Below, one piece after another: positions 1-11,077 of a DNA stretch of 64,000 nt. Numbering within the stretch: position 1 is the stretch's first letter; every line of letters starts with the position of its first letter. The DNA is from an uncultured bacterium (GTDB lineage Bacteria; JAJVIF01; JAPKYR01). The notes under the pieces were generated by a model that did not search any database, had not been told where the DNA came from, and was given only the letters and a program-made list of their open reading frames with translations. Location: positions 1-64,000 of the forward strand of contig CBDURU010000001.1 of assembly GCA_965369865.1 (NCBI GenBank), given 5' to 3'. A program made the position numbers and the translations under genes.

Positions 1-97
1 GTTCTACGGAGGCAGGTCCGTTTTCTTAGACGCATTGCCATGCGGTTCTACGGAGGCAGGTCCGTTTTCTTAGACGCATTGCCATGCAGTTCTACGG
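1..97. repeat. 44-bp tandem repeat (2 full units plus a partial one; may continue beyond the window edge) carrying a GTAG-type REP-like hairpin
   Basis: gttctacggaggcaggtccgttttcttagacgcattgccatgc(g/a) at 1-44 and 45-88. Minus strand reads CCGTAGAACCGCATGGCAATGCGTCT, the same family as 35948 and 36183. Confidence 0.85.
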
Positions 98-185
98 TAT
101 TAGCGGCACCCGACTTCGCCAAGGCTACGTCGGGCAGGCCCGTAGTCGGCGGGGCTGGGGCTTCGCGCAGTATTAGATATCTTCG

Positions 186-1535
186 TTACGGTGTCAGGTT
201 TGCGGTAAAAACACTTATTTTAGCGCCAAGGGCCGAATCGGTTTGAAGAATAACGAGGAGGTCCTGTGTCGGGCTGCCGTCGAATCGAACCGGAGTCAGT
301 TCAAGTCCGGACAATACCATCTGGGTTAAAGCCAGGCCATCGGTATTATTGAACGCCCTGACAGTATACGACCCTCCACCGAGGTCATCGAGGATGTACA
401 TATGACCGTCCTCACCGCTCGTGATGTCCAGCGGATTGTCCATCTGGTTGTCACCGGTCCCGGATGTTCCAGTACCGAAATCAATGTCGTGAGTCAGCAT
501 GAACGAACTCACATCCATTCGATGCGCATACCGGTCAGCGCCTTCCACCATCCAGATATAGTCCCCCGACGGGTCAGCTTCCGCAGCCACGATGTCCATG
601 AAATTGAGTTTCCCGGTGCCAGTTAAACCCGATGTGGGATCCAGAAAATACGAGATGATGTTCTGTGTTCCGAAGTTTGAGTCATCGGAATAGCGGTAGG
701 CATAGGAATAATAGTATCCTGTTTCTTCCTCTTCGGCGCCGCAGATCGCCATATGATCGTTCGCGCGCTGGCCGTATCCAAACATGCAGACGGCGTCGAT
801 GATCCGGTTGTTTATAAAATCCGGTGGTTCACCCCCGACCGGCACAAAGTAATGACTGTCTATTATGCTGGACGGCAACTGGTAATGCAGCGTGTTCAGG
901 TTCGGTGGATTATCAATAACAGCCAGCATGTAGCCGTTCGGCGAGATGTCGACATAATCGCACTCTGGTCCGAGCGTGTAGACGGTATTTTTCGAGTACC
1001 AATCCGAATGCCGCCATTGTCTTATGATTCCCTGTTCGTAAAGGACCCATACATCGCCGCTCTGGTGGTCAATCGCGATATCGTATGCTTTCCAGGCACC
1101 ATCGCTGACATCGATGTTCTTACTTTGCTTAAATACAATCGAAAAATCAAAAGTATGAATAATGGATGACGCGCTCGGGGTTTCCACGTACATCCTGACC
1201 TTCATTCCTTCGGGATTAAAAGTGAAAAATTTGACAGGACGGATTAAAGAGCCGCCATCGATTTCATCTCCAGGCCCATCAAATGTTCCGTCGTTATTGA
1301 AATCCCATTTGAATGTCAGGTTGCTGCTGGTCGGATTGGCGGGATCGTAAGATGCGGACGCGTCAAACTCGACCCTTGTCCCGCAGTCCCAGCCTTCCGC
1401 TGGCATTACCGGGGAAACGATCTGCACATTGGCTACAGGTTCCGGACCCCCGGGAGTTGTACTACCTCCGGAACAACCGGCCATCAGAACTACAGCACTT
1501 ACGATTGTTACTAAGATTGCTAACGTTCTTAACAT
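186..1535 (-). CDS. Lipoprotein with PKD-like domain and C-terminal beta-propeller-like region
   Basis: ATG at 1535 with GGAGG RBS, lipobox LMAGC, PKD-like FDASASYDP...FKWDFNNDG, NHL-like DNPLDI motif. Confidence 0.75.
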   Translation of the reverse strand: MLRTLAILVTIVSAVVLMAGCSGGSTTPGGPEPVANVQIVSPVMPAEGWDCGTRVEFDASASYDPANPTSSNLTFKWDFNNDGTFDGPGDEIDGGSLIRPVKFFTFNPEGMKVRMYVETPSASSIIHTFDFSIVFKQSKNIDVSDGAWKAYDIAIDHQSGDVWVLYEQGIIRQWRHSDWYSKNTVYTLGPECDYVDISPNGYMLAVIDNPPNLNTLHYQLPSSIIDSHYFVPVGGEPPDFINNRIIDAVCMFGYGQRANDHMAICGAEEEETGYYYSYAYRYSDDSNFGTQNIISYFLDPTSGLTGTGKLNFMDIVAAEADPSGDYIWMVEGADRYAHRMDVSSFMLTHDIDFGTGTSGTGDNQMDNPLDITSGEDGHMYILDDLGGGSYTVRAFNNTDGLALTQMVLSGLELTPVRFDGSPTQDLLVILQTDSALGAKISVFTANLTP

Positions 1536-1676
1536 AAATAACCTCCAGATGAGAAAAATGATATCCAGCCTGTGGAGCTTGCCGGATTTCCAGTGCAGTA
1601 AGTATAAAGCATTTTTGTAAATCAAATCCAACCACGGGACGTGGTCGGCACGATTGGACAGGTTTTCATCAGAACA

Positions 1677-2198
1677 CTAAAATCTACGATCCAGAGCTGA
1701 ACCCGCAAATGGAGTATTCGTCAGATTCAGCCAACGCAGCCGTGGCAGATTCTCGATAGGACTGATATCGTCGATGGTGCAACTCTGTAAGGATAAAAAC
1801 TCAAGATTGGTCAGGTTGGCAAGAGGGCTGATATCTGAAATATGTGGACTGTCGAGATAGAGTTCGGTCAGGTTCCGCATTTCGCCAATTCGTGAGATAT
1901 CGCTGAATTCATTATGCATCAGATTCAGGATGTCCAGGTTCGTGCAGAGTTGAATGCCCTCGACGCTCCTGATATTCCTGTCTGGTAATTCAAGTTTTGA
2001 TAGTGATTGAAGGTCTTCAAGAGTCAATTTGCCATCCGGCTTACCTAGTTTTTCGAGTATGCCGCGTTCCAGGTTTCTATCACGAACCAGACCGTTTCTG
2101 CTTGAGCAACTGTTGCACAGAAGACATGGGACTAGCAGAAATGCTGTTAGCAGTAAGACTCCGGGTGAGATAAACTGGATTGGTGGGAATTTTTTCAT
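1677..2198 (-). CDS. Secreted leucine-rich-repeat protein (internalin-like LRR)
   Basis: Hydrophobic N-terminus and about 4 repeats of LxxLxLxxNxISDISPL. Confidence 0.8.
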   Translation of the reverse strand: MKKFPPIQFISPGVLLLTAFLLVPCLLCNSCSSRNGLVRDRNLERGILEKLGKPDGKLTLEDLQSLSKLELPDRNIRSVEGIQLCTNLDILNLMHNEFSDISRIGEMRNLTELYLDSPHISDISPLANLTNLEFLSLQSCTIDDISPIENLPRLRWLNLTNTPFAGSALDRRF

Positions 2199-2389
2199 TC
2201 CATCACCTGCAAAGGTTTAGTAACCAGGGACCTGATATTATCATTTTTTTGATTTGGAATGCGGGCACCCGGATCAATTCATGAGGAGAATCAAGCGTTG
2301 CAGGGATACGAAAAAAACCCAAAAAAAACGCATGAGCAACGGCGACACCTGCAACGCCCTCAAACACTGCGCGGGACTCGCAGGGAACG

Positions 2390-2482
2390 AGATTCCATGT
2401 GCCGGAGTCACATGCCACGGAAGATCATGCGCAGAATGCACATGTGACTGAAGATCATGCGCAGAATGCACATGTTACAGAA
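2390..2482. repeat. ~30-bp CATG-rich tandem repeat (REP-like), related to 60016-60095
   Basis: gaagatcatgcgcagaatgcacatgt at 2420 and 2450. The upstream unit gccggagtcacatgccac is identical to 60051-60068. Confidence 0.75.
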
Positions 2483-5400
2483 TTATTCAACCGCAAGGGC
2501 TTCGGAGAGGTATTCCTGGATCGGGCGGACGTTGACCTTTCCCTTTGTTGATTTTTCTATTGCAAGGACCGCCGCCCAGGCGCCGGAAAGGGTGGTGATG
2601 TTCGGGATGCCGCGGCGGTAGGCTTCCTGCCCCACCGCGCGTTCATCGTAGTGCGATTCCTTCCCCAATGGCGTGTTGATAATCATGTGGACGAGATCGT
2701 TTTTCATCTGGTCGACCACGTTCGGGCGCCCCTCATCCACCTTGTAAAGCATTGTCGACGGGATGCCTTCATCGTTCAGGCGGGCGTTGGTGCCTCCGGT
2801 CGCGAAGATCTTGAAACCGAGCTTATGGAGTTCCTGCGCTATCTCCACCGCCTTGTCCTTGTCGCGATCGTTGACGCTGATAAACGCCCCACCCTCCAGC
2901 GGGAGCGGAGTCCGTACGGCGGCCTGCGCTTTAGAGAATGCCTCGCCGAATTCGGGCGCGATCCCCATGACCTCTCCGGTGGAGCGCATTTCCGGCCCGA
3001 GGAAATAACTGATGTGATCGAATCGGGCGAACGGGAATTTCACCGCTTTGACCGACACGTACGGCGGTACCGGGTTATCGGGGAGGTTCATGCCGACGAG
3101 TTTTTCACCGAGTAAAATTCGCGCCGCGACCCTCGCCCAGGGAATTCCTGTAGCTTTCGAGACAAACGGCACGGTGCGGCTCGCGCGCGGGTTTACTTCA
3201 AGGACATAAAGGCCGCCCTCGTAAAGCGCGAACTGTAAATTCATCAGGCCGATAATTCCGAGTTCTTTCGCGAGGAGTTTTGTGATCCGGATCATCTCGT
3301 CGCGGACATCGTCCCCGAGCATATATGGGGGCAGCACGCAAGCGGAATCGCCGGAATGAATTCCCGCTTCCTCGATGTGCTGCATGATCCCAGAGATCAG
3401 GCACGTGTCGCCGTCGCAAACCGCATCGACATCGAACTCGAACGCGTCCTCGAGGAATCGATCGATCAGTACCGGTTCTCCGTCCGATGCCTGCGCCGCT
3501 TCAAAGAAAAAACTCTGAAGGCGTCTCTGGTCGTAAATAATTTCCATCGCGCGCCCGCCAAGAACATAGGATGGTCGGACGAGTACCGGGTATCCGATTT
3601 TTTCCGCCACTTCCAGGGCTTTCTCAACTGTGGTCGCGGTTCCGAAATCGGGCGTATTAATTTTGTGGCGGTGGAGGAGCACCTCGAAACGTCCGCGGTC
3701 CTCGGCGAGATCGGTAGCTTCCCATCCGGTGCCGAGGATCGGAATTCCGGCAAGTTCAAGTTTGCCGGCAAGTTTTAATGGAGTTCCACCGCCGAACTGG
3801 AGAACGACACCGATGGGTTTTTCAAGGTTGCAGATTCCTATGACGTCCTCGGCTGTTACCGGTTCGAAGTAAAGGCGATCGGCGATATCGTAATCGGTCG
3901 AGACGGTTTCCGGATTGCTGTTAACCATGATGACCTTATAGCCGGCTTCCTTGATCTCAAGCGCGACCTGCACGCAGCAGTAATCGAATTCGATTCCCTG
4001 GCCGATGCGGTTGGGTCCGCTGCCGAGGATGACGACGGTTTTATCTCCGAGCGGTTCGGCTTCATTTTCTTCGCCATATGTTGAGTAGTAATAAGGCGTG
4101 ACCGCTTCGAATTCGGCAGCGCATGTGTCGACGGTACGGTAGCAGGTGACGATATTGTTTTCTTCGCGGATGGAGCGGATTTTTCGTTCCGGGACATGCC
4201 AGAGATGAGCGATCTGGCGGTCACTGAATCCATGTCGTTTCGATTCGAGGAGCAAGGTCAGGATTTCAGGATTCTGGGTCGGGTCGATGGATTCCTTCGC
4301 GGCCTGGACGAGTTTACTTTCGACACTGAGAAGTTGCTTGATCTGGTCGAGGAACCAAGGATCGATCGCGGTAGTTTCGGCGACCGTTTCAATCGGGATA
4401 TCGAGCTCGAGCGCGTAGCGGAGCCAGAAGATCGAATTGGGATCGGGTTTTTTCAGTCGGCGAAGCACGAGTTCTTTCCATTCACCCCGCATGTGGGCTT
4501 CGATGTTGTGAACGAGAATTGCGTCCATACCATCGGCGCCGAGACCGTAGCGGCCATTTTCGAGACCGCGGATTGCTTTTTGGAGGGCTTCGGTGAAACT
4601 GCGTCCGATCGCCATAGTTTCACCGACCGATTTCATCTGTGAACCGAGCGTACGGGTGGCGGTCGGGAATTTATCGAAGGGCCAGCGCGGGATTTTCACG
4701 ACGACATAATCGAGGGTCGGTTCGAATGCCGAAACGGTCTCGCCGGTGATGTCGTTTGGGATTTCGCCGAGTGTCAAACCTACCGCGAGGAGGGCGGCTA
4801 CTTTTGCGATGGGGAATCCGGTTGCTTTCGACGCCAGCGCCGATGAACGGCTGACGCGGGGATTCATTTCGATAACGACCATACGCCCGGTTTCGGGATG
4901 GAGTCCGAACTGGATGTTCGAGCCGCCGGTATCGACTCCGACCGCTCGAATTACCGAGACGGCCGCGTCGCGCATTACCTGGAATTCCTTGTCGGTAAGG
5001 GTCTGAGCGGGGGCGACAGTGATTGAATCGCCGGTATGGATTCCGAGGGGATCGAAATTTTCAATCGAGCAGATCACGACCACGTTATCAACCGTATCGC
5101 GCATGACCTCGAGTTCGAATTCCTTCCATCCAACAAGGGATTCTTCAACAAGGACCATATTAACCGGGGAAGCCCTGAGTCCGAGGCTGACGAGGTCATG
5201 GAATTCTTCGATGTTGTATGCGACACTTGCGCCGATTCCGCCGAGTGTGTACGCCGGTCGGATAATTACCGGGAATCCTGTGCGGATCGCGATATCTTCC
5301 GCTTCCTCAATAGTGCTTGCGGTGTCGCCTTCCGGAATATCGAGTCCGATGCTTTGCATAGTGGTTTGAAAACGTCCACGGTCTTCAGCGATATCGATAG

Positions 5401-5764
5401 CATCGAACTTAGCGCCGATAAGTTCCACATCGAATTTTTCAAGGACACCGGTTTTGTAAAGGTCTTTAGCAAGGTTGAGAGCGGTCTGGCCGCCCATAGT
5501 CGGGAGAAGCGCATCGGGACGCTCTCGTTCGATGATCTGTTCAAGGAATTCAAGTGTCAGGGGTTCGATGTAGGTAGCGTCGGCGATCTCCGGATCGGTC
5601 ATGATGGTAGCGGGATTACTGTTCGCGAGGATGACGCGGTAACCGAGTTTTTTAAGGGCACGTACGGCCTGTGTACCGGAGTAATCAAATTCACAAGCCT
5701 GGCCGATAACGATCGGTCCCGATCCAATAATAAGGATAGAATTGATATCAGTGCGTGCGGGCAT
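2483..5764 (-). CDS. carB: Carbamoyl-phosphate synthase large subunit
   Basis: [33 protein letters not shown] start, duplicated ATP-grasp halves ([10 protein letters not shown] / EVNPRASRT), C-terminal MGS domain. Start overlaps the carA end. Confidence 0.98.
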   Translation of the reverse strand: MPARTDINSILIIGSGPIVIGQACEFDYSGTQAVRALKKLGYRVILANSNPATIMTDPEIADATYIEPLTLEFLEQIIERERPDALLPTMGGQTALNLAKDLYKTGVLEKFDVELIGAKFDAIDIAEDRGRFQTTMQSIGLDIPEGDTASTIEEAEDIAIRTGFPVIIRPAYTLGGIGASVAYNIEEFHDLVSLGLRASPVNMVLVEESLVGWKEFELEVMRDTVDNVVVICSIENFDPLGIHTGDSITVAPAQTLTDKEFQVMRDAAVSVIRAVGVDTGGSNIQFGLHPETGRMVVIEMNPRVSRSSALASKATGFPIAKVAALLAVGLTLGEIPNDITGETVSAFEPTLDYVVVKIPRWPFDKFPTATRTLGSQMKSVGETMAIGRSFTEALQKAIRGLENGRYGLGADGMDAILVHNIEAHMRGEWKELVLRRLKKPDPNSIFWLRYALELDIPIETVAETTAIDPWFLDQIKQLLSVESKLVQAAKESIDPTQNPEILTLLLESKRHGFSDRQIAHLWHVPERKIRSIREENNIVTCYRTVDTCAAEFEAVTPYYYSTYGEENEAEPLGDKTVVILGSGPNRIGQGIEFDYCCVQVALEIKEAGYKVIMVNSNPETVSTDYDIADRLYFEPVTAEDVIGICNLEKPIGVVLQFGGGTPLKLAGKLELAGIPILGTGWEATDLAEDRGRFEVLLHRHKINTPDFGTATTVEKALEVAEKIGYPVLVRPSYVLGGRAMEIIYDQRRLQSFFFEAAQASDGEPVLIDRFLEDAFEFDVDAVCDGDTCLISGIMQHIEEAGIHSGDSACVLPPYMLGDDVRDEMIRITKLLAKELGIIGLMNLQFALYEGGLYVLEVNPRASRTVPFVSKATGIPWARVAARILLGEKLVGMNLPDNPVPPYVSVKAVKFPFARFDHISYFLGPEMRSTGEVMGIAPEFGEAFSKAQAAVRTPLPLEGGAFISVNDRDKDKAVEIAQELHKLGFKIFATGGTNARLNDEGIPSTMLYKVDEGRPNVVDQMKNDLVHMIINTPLGKESHYDERAVGQEAYRRGIPNITTLSGAWAAVLAIEKSTKGKVNVRPIQEYLSEALAVE

Positions 5765-6899
5765 GGTGCTCCATTCGGTTTCGGAATTCGATGAACAGAT
5801 CGGATGTGTCGTGCGGACCGGGTGACGCCTCAGGATGAAACTGGACCGAGAAAGCGTTGAGGTCGGGGTAGTCGAGACCTTCGACAGTGCCGTCATTCAG
5901 GCTTCTGAGGGTCAGCACAGCTCCGTCGGGAAGCGGATCGTCGGAAACCGCGAAACCGTGATTGTGAATACTTACATGTACCCGTCCGTCGGGTTTCCGG
6001 GCGACAGGATGATTGATACCCCGGTGCCCGAATTTCATTTTGAATGTTCGTCCGCCCACGGCCAGTGATAATAACTGGTGTCCAAGGCAGATTCCAAAAA
6101 TAGGGATCTTCCCAAGGAAATGACGGATATTTTCTATAGCTCCAACGACCGCAGCGGGATCGCCGGGGCCATTGGAAAGAAGAATACCGTCAGGATCGAA
6201 TTTTTCTATGTCACGGGTCTTTGCGGTGGAAGGAAAAACCCTGACCTCGCAGCCGACATCGACCAGCCGTCTGAGAATACTCAATTTTACGCCGTAATCG
6301 AAGACCGCGACTTTGCCATGCCAGCCATTATCGGAAATTACGGTATTCCCGAGCCATCGGGATAGTGAGCCGGTCGACCAGCCGTAGGGTTCTTTACAGG
6401 TAACCCGGCTTGCGCCATCGAGTCCTGCCATAGGTGGATGATTCAGAATATGCTCAAGGGCCTCGGAATCGGAAATGGAAACGGGGAAAATTCCGCCTCT
6501 CATGCTGCCGAGTTCGCGAAGGTGGCGGGTGACGGCCCTTGTGTCAAGGTCGTGAACAGCAGGGACCCTGGATCGAATTAAAAGGTCTGATAAGGATTCC
6601 TCGGATCGCCAGCTCGATGGATCTTCAAACGAACGCGCAGCGAATCCTGACGGGTGGACCCTGTCGGATTCATCGTCCAGCCTGTTGATTCCGGTGTTAC
6701 CGATATGGGCAGCGGTCATAACCACGATCTGGCCCCAGTAGGAAGGATCGTAGAGGACTTCCTGATAGCCGCTCATCGCAGTATTGAAAACAACCTCTCC
6801 AAGAGTGAAAGTGGGATCGGAGAAAGATACATACAGCCGGCCAACAAATTTGCGGCCGTCTTCGAGTAATAGGTAACCCTGTTCCAGGACTTTCCCCAT
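5748..6899 (-). CDS. carA: Carbamoyl-phosphate synthase small subunit
   Basis: [29 protein letters not shown] and FHPE motifs. Confidence 0.98.
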   Translation of the reverse strand: MGKVLEQGYLLLEDGRKFVGRLYVSFSDPTFTLGEVVFNTAMSGYQEVLYDPSYWGQIVVMTAAHIGNTGINRLDDESDRVHPSGFAARSFEDPSSWRSEESLSDLLIRSRVPAVHDLDTRAVTRHLRELGSMRGGIFPVSISDSEALEHILNHPPMAGLDGASRVTCKEPYGWSTGSLSRWLGNTVISDNGWHGKVAVFDYGVKLSILRRLVDVGCEVRVFPSTAKTRDIEKFDPDGILLSNGPGDPAAVVGAIENIRHFLGKIPIFGICLGHQLLSLAVGGRTFKMKFGHRGINHPVARKPDGRVHVSIHNHGFAVSDDPLPDGAVLTLRSLNDGTVEGLDYPDLNAFSVQFHPEASPGPHDTSDLFIEFRNRMEHHARTH

Positions 6900-6950
6900 T
6901 AGTTTCAGTTATGCCAGGTAAGCAATAATCAAAGGCAAAAAACCGTTGCA

Positions 6951-6978
6951 ATTATACGACTAGAATACGGAGAGTCAA
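6951..6978 (-). promoter_or_regulatory. sigma70-type promoter of carAB
   Basis: TTGACT-N16-TATAAT on the minus strand upstream of carA. Confidence 0.6.
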
Positions 6979-6992
6979 GCTGTGTCTGGGTA

Positions 6993-7388
6993 AGGGTATG
7001 AGCGGGGATTGATTTTCATGCTGCCTGTTTTGATTATTTTCTGTCATTCCAGTAATCATCCCATCGGCCAGTGCTGCGGTAGAGACATCGAAGAGCCGAC
7101 ATCGAATCAGCGCCAGGATTTTGCAGGCGGCACCCGCTCGCGCGTTTTTTTCCCATTTCTATCCTGAGACGTATGTCCACCTCCGAGATACACTCACTTC
7201 CCACTGTAAAATCGTAAATTACCTTCACTATTTCCCCGGCGATCTCCACTGTCCTCTTGCAGAATTCCTTTGTGTCCGGCATTTTTTTCATCGAGGTATC
7301 ATTCCTTTCATACTGGTATTGGTTTGATACCTCAATTTTATTTTCTTCCCACGCTTATGTCCATAAAATCAATCCCCGCTCACACCCT
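6993..7388 (-). mobile_element. Internally deleted IS remnant (ISKra4/ISLre2-like) with terminal inverted repeats
   Basis: 24-bp IRs AGGGTATGAGCGGGGATTGATTTT (6993-7016) and AAAATCAATCCCCGCTCACACCCT (7365-7388), one mismatch. Internal ORF 7034-7291 ends KRASGCRLQNPGADSMSALRCLYRSTGRWDDYW, resembling the C-terminus of these transposases. Confidence 0.7.
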
Positions 7389-7402
7389 ATATAAATGATC
7401 AC

Positions 7403-7431
7403 TTGCGTAGCGAAGTGTGATACTGTATAAT
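7403..7431 (+). promoter_or_regulatory. sigma70 promoter of tRNA-fMet
   Basis: TTGCGT-N17-TATAAT ending 11 nt before the tRNA. Confidence 0.75.
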
Positions 7432-7442
7432 CGCCTCCGCGA

Positions 7443-7515
<73 letters not shown>

Positions 7516-7532
7516 ATGGAGTAATCATAATA

Positions 7533-7587
7533 GGCTCTGGAAGCCTGTAGGTGAGTCTCACCTGTCCCGCTTCCGGAGCCATTTTTA
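7533..7587 (+). terminator. Hairpin / intrinsic terminator after the tRNA
   Basis: ggctctggaagc...gcttccggagcc with inner AGGTGAG/CTCACCT stem, followed by ATTTTTA. Confidence 0.6.
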
Positions 7588-7699
7588 TATCCTCAACAGA
7601 TAACCGAACCATCTTTTTTTCCGGGGGGAACATTAAGGTATTGGCGGCTGATTACATTTGATTGCCCTGATTAGTAAAAACCTGAAAACCTTAAGTTCC

Positions 7700-7727
7700 T
7701 TGACAGGTAAAAGCGAATTATGATAAT
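7700..7727 (+). promoter_or_regulatory. Putative sigma70 promoter of the catabolic cluster
   Basis: TTGACA-N16-GATAAT. Confidence 0.5.
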
Positions 7728-7834
7728 AGTACCGGGTGTTAATTACCTGAGGCTAAACATCCATTGATAAGTATTATCTGTAGACACATTAATCTTTGAA
7801 TCAGTAGCGAAAAAGAAGAAGATGGGAGCGTTCT

Positions 7835-9826
7835 ATGGGTATTCACTCTCTTGACTGGGCATCCATTATTGTTTATCTATTAATTATGGTAGTAATCGCG
7901 GTATTCTTCTCGAAGTTCATGGGTGGAGCGAAGGATTTTTTCGCGGGAGGGCGTCAGATACCCTGGTGGGTGGCTGGGATATCCCTATATATGGGGCTTT
8001 TCTCAGCGTGGACATTCAGCGGCGCGGCCAGCCTTGTCTACAGGACGGGCTGGTACGGGATGCTGTATTTCGCGACCTGGCCGATTGGATTTTTCTTTGG
8101 ATTCTGGTTTGCCGGTGTACGGTACCGGAGAAGCAGGATAATATCTCCCGTTGAATACCTTGAAAATCGCTTCAACCGCGCGACCCATACAACGCTGAGC
8201 ATAATATTCGCCATCTCTCTGCTCTACTGGCCGATGCAGCATCTGGCGTCGCTTGGCAAGATGGTCGGTCCGATGCTCATACCGGGCTCCGAGATGGCGA
8301 TCGTGATTACGATAGTCGTAATCGCGACGATGATACTCTTCTACACGTTCTCGGGAGGCTTGTGGGCGGTCACTATTACCGACGCGGTGCAGTCATTTAT
8401 ATTACTGGGTGTTGTGGTCATCCTGTTAGGGCTGATCTTTATCGATATACCGGACATTCTGTCGAAGTTACCGCCGTTTACATTTCATGCGCCTGAAAGC
8501 GAATCGAGTTATGACACGCCGTATCTTCTCGCGTCGATAATGCAGGGATTATTCGGCGCGGCGCTCGGCGACCGTGCCCAGCGGTATTATAGTGTCCGGG
8601 ATGAAAAGGCTGTAATCAAACTTGGAATACTGACAACAGTTCTCTTCATGTTAGGCCCGATATTCTTCGGACTTATCCCGTTCATAGGAACAATCGTATG
8701 GCCGGACCCATCACTGATCCCAGCATTTGAAGGGCTTAAGAATCCGCAGGAGGGTGTATATATCGCGATGGCCGCCAAGTATCTGCCTCCCGGAATATTG
8801 GGGATATTCATCGCGGCGATGATGGCCGCGACGATGTCGGCAACCGACACATGCTGGAACACAGCATCGGCGATTGTATCAGTGGATTTATATAAGCGTA
8901 ATTTCCGGCCTGATGCGACCGATCGCCAGGTGATGACGGTTGGACGGATCGCGATAGTGGTTTTCTTTATTGTGGCCGTGGCTGGATCGCTGGGGATAAT
9001 TCTGAGGGGCATCAAGCTTGACATTATCGGGATGACAATCGGGCTGTTAACCGGAATATCGATCTCAATTCCGCTATTTTTTGGACTTATAGTTCGAGGG
9101 GTATCCAGATGGGCGGCAGTCGGCGCGGTGGTGGTCGGGACAATCGCCGCGTTATTTTCGAGCGATCTGACAATCTTCGGACCGCTCAAGTTTATCGGGT
9201 TTCTGAAACTGCCGTTCGGGGCAAGGACTTTTTTCATTGTCGCCGTAACACTTGCTATATTTCTTCTATCGAATCCCATGGGACGTCTCGGACGAAATAA
9301 ACTGACATCAATCGCCGTAGCCGTTATTGTGGCTGTGGGAATGTGGTTCTTCTCAATTTTTTGTAATGCCAACGAATTGATTTCGTGGGGGATTTTAACA
9401 GGCGCAGCGCAACCGCCTGCCGATGCCGGATCTCCCAACGGATATTTTGTGGCGATGGCAATTGGGGCTGTCGCTTTTGGAGTCCTGTTCTATATTTTCA
9501 GCCAGATTTACAGTCGCGATCTCGATCAACCCGAACCTGAGGTGGATGAATTTTTCGAGCTGTTGAAAAAACCGATTGATGTGAAGAAAGAAGTTGGTGA
9601 GGAAATTCAGACCGCGACAGCATATCCGTTTGTCGGAATGATAGTAATCCTGCTGGCGGTTCTTTCGCTCGCGCTGCTACTGTTTCCCGATGGACGCGTC
9701 AATCCGTGGGTCAATATCATTCTGTCAGCGATTCTTATCGTGATCGGACTTGGAATCATGCGCGGCGGAAAAGAGCTGATGCGGAAGATAATGGAAGCCA
9801 GAGCAAATCCGGAGGCCAAGGAGTGA
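7835..9826 (+). CDS. Sodium:solute symporter (SSS family)
   Basis: DFFAGGRQIPWW, SGGLWAVTITDAVQ, AQRYYS and AAMMAATMS motifs; many TM helices. Confidence 0.93.
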   Translation: MGIHSLDWASIIVYLLIMVVIAVFFSKFMGGAKDFFAGGRQIPWWVAGISLYMGLFSAWTFSGAASLVYRTGWYGMLYFATWPIGFFFGFWFAGVRYRRSRIISPVEYLENRFNRATHTTLSIIFAISLLYWPMQHLASLGKMVGPMLIPGSEMAIVITIVVIATMILFYTFSGGLWAVTITDAVQSFILLGVVVILLGLIFIDIPDILSKLPPFTFHAPESESSYDTPYLLASIMQGLFGAALGDRAQRYYSVRDEKAVIKLGILTTVLFMLGPIFFGLIPFIGTIVWPDPSLIPAFEGLKNPQEGVYIAMAAKYLPPGILGIFIAAMMAATMSATDTCWNTASAIVSVDLYKRNFRPDATDRQVMTVGRIAIVVFFIVAVAGSLGIILRGIKLDIIGMTIGLLTGISISIPLFFGLIVRGVSRWAAVGAVVVGTIAALFSSDLTIFGPLKFIGFLKLPFGARTFFIVAVTLAIFLLSNPMGRLGRNKLTSIAVAVIVAVGMWFFSIFCNANELISWGILTGAAQPPADAGSPNGYFVAMAIGAVAFGVLFYIFSQIYSRDLDQPEPEVDEFFELLKKPIDVKKEVGEEIQTATAYPFVGMIVILLAVLSLALLLFPDGRVNPWVNIILSAILIVIGLGIMRGGKELMRKIMEARANPEAKE

Positions 9827-11034
9827 GCGGGGAACTTGCCGCGTATGGCGGTCGAAAGGTCAGAAATGAGCCGCTTGTCAAGGAAGAGCATCACCGGGCA
9901 AGGTTCGGTGAAGACGAAAAACAGGCGCTTGCGGATGTGATTGACTCCGGTCACCTGTGCCGTGTTATGGGTGAGAGGACGGGGGAGTTCGAGCATGAAG
10001 CCGCGGAGTATTTCGATATAAAAGGGGCTGTCGCTGTAACGAGTGGAACCGCGGCGATCCATTGCGCTCTCGGTGCGCTTGGGATTGGCTATGGTGATGA
10101 AGTAATCACATCACCGATAACCGATATGGGTTCTGTAATACCCATTCTTGCGCAGAATGCCATGCCAGTGTTTGCGGATGTAGATCGTAAAACGTACAAC
10201 GTAACAGCGGATACAATAGAAAAGGTGGTTACCGACCGCACGAAAGCTGTGATCCCGGTTCATCTCGCGGGACAGTCATGCGTGATGGGACCCATTCTGG
10301 CACTTGCGAAGGAACGCGGGATTGCCGTTATCGAGGACTGCGCGCAGGCTTACCTGTCGACCTGCAATGGAAGACTCGTGGGCACGATGGGGGATATCGG
10401 CTGTTTCAGTCTCAATGACTTCAAACATATCACATGCGGCGACGGCGGCTTTATTATCTCCGATGACGAAAAAATAATCACCCGTGCGAGACTGTTTGCA
10501 GATAAAGGCTACCCTCGTACAGGACCTGTCCGGAACTCGATCATGTTTGGGATGAACTACCGCATGACCGAACTCCAGGCGGCGGTGGCGAGTGTTCAGC
10601 TTGGGAAACTTGATTCGATAATTGAGGGGCGGCGGGTATTCGGTCGCAAAATTGATAAACTACTAAGCGAAATCGACGGGATCAATCCACTCTACACGTC
10701 GGATGGGATCGAACATTCATACTGGTTCTATCCATTCACCATCAACTCCGAAAAACTCAATGTAGATACTGAAACCTTCGCCGGTGAGGTAACAGCGGAG
10801 GGGATACCGGTAATGTTTCCATATCTTGGGTCGCCGGTTTATCTTTTCGATTCCATTAATACAATCAACAGGTGCGGGACGGAAATTTCATACGACGAAG
10901 GTCTTTGCCCTGTCGCGGAGAAAGTACTCACCGGGATGATGGTCCTGCCGTGCAACGAATTCATGACCGATAACGACGCCGATGACATCGCGACCGCGTT
11001 AAGGAAGGTTTGTGAATATCATTTAAATAAATGA
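9823..11034 (+). CDS. DegT/DnrJ/EryC1/StrS PLP aminotransferase
   Basis: GTG overlapping the symporter stop (GTGA); SGTAAIH, IEDCAQA, FSLNDFKHITCGDGG (catalytic Lys), GMNYRMTELQAA. Confidence 0.93.
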   Translation: MSGELAAYGGRKVRNEPLVKEEHHRARFGEDEKQALADVIDSGHLCRVMGERTGEFEHEAAEYFDIKGAVAVTSGTAAIHCALGALGIGYGDEVITSPITDMGSVIPILAQNAMPVFADVDRKTYNVTADTIEKVVTDRTKAVIPVHLAGQSCVMGPILALAKERGIAVIEDCAQAYLSTCNGRLVGTMGDIGCFSLNDFKHITCGDGGFIISDDEKIITRARLFADKGYPRTGPVRNSIMFGMNYRMTELQAAVASVQLGKLDSIIEGRRVFGRKIDKLLSEIDGINPLYTSDGIEHSYWFYPFTINSEKLNVDTETFAGEVTAEGIPVMFPYLGSPVYLFDSINTINRCGTEISYDEGLCPVAEKVLTGMMVLPCNEFMTDNDADDIATALRKVCEYHLNK

Positions 11035-11077
11035 CATCCGCCATCGACAGTCAACAAATATCTCCGGAGATCCAATC

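Noticed and set aside
1..97. Possible CRISPR array at the window edge
   Set aside because: Units are fully repeated with no unique spacers, and no cas genes are present.
2651..5794. Long plus-strand ORFs opposite carB (similar cases at 8587, 39032, 49767 and 52073)
   Set aside because: Antisense shadows of well-supported genes, with no recognisable motifs.
5765..5896. ORF-track N-terminal extensions (carB; also 9706, 20838, 40684, 46175, 58776, 61903)
   Set aside because: They overlap neighbouring genes or intergenic DNA; downstream starts match family N-termini and/or an RBS.
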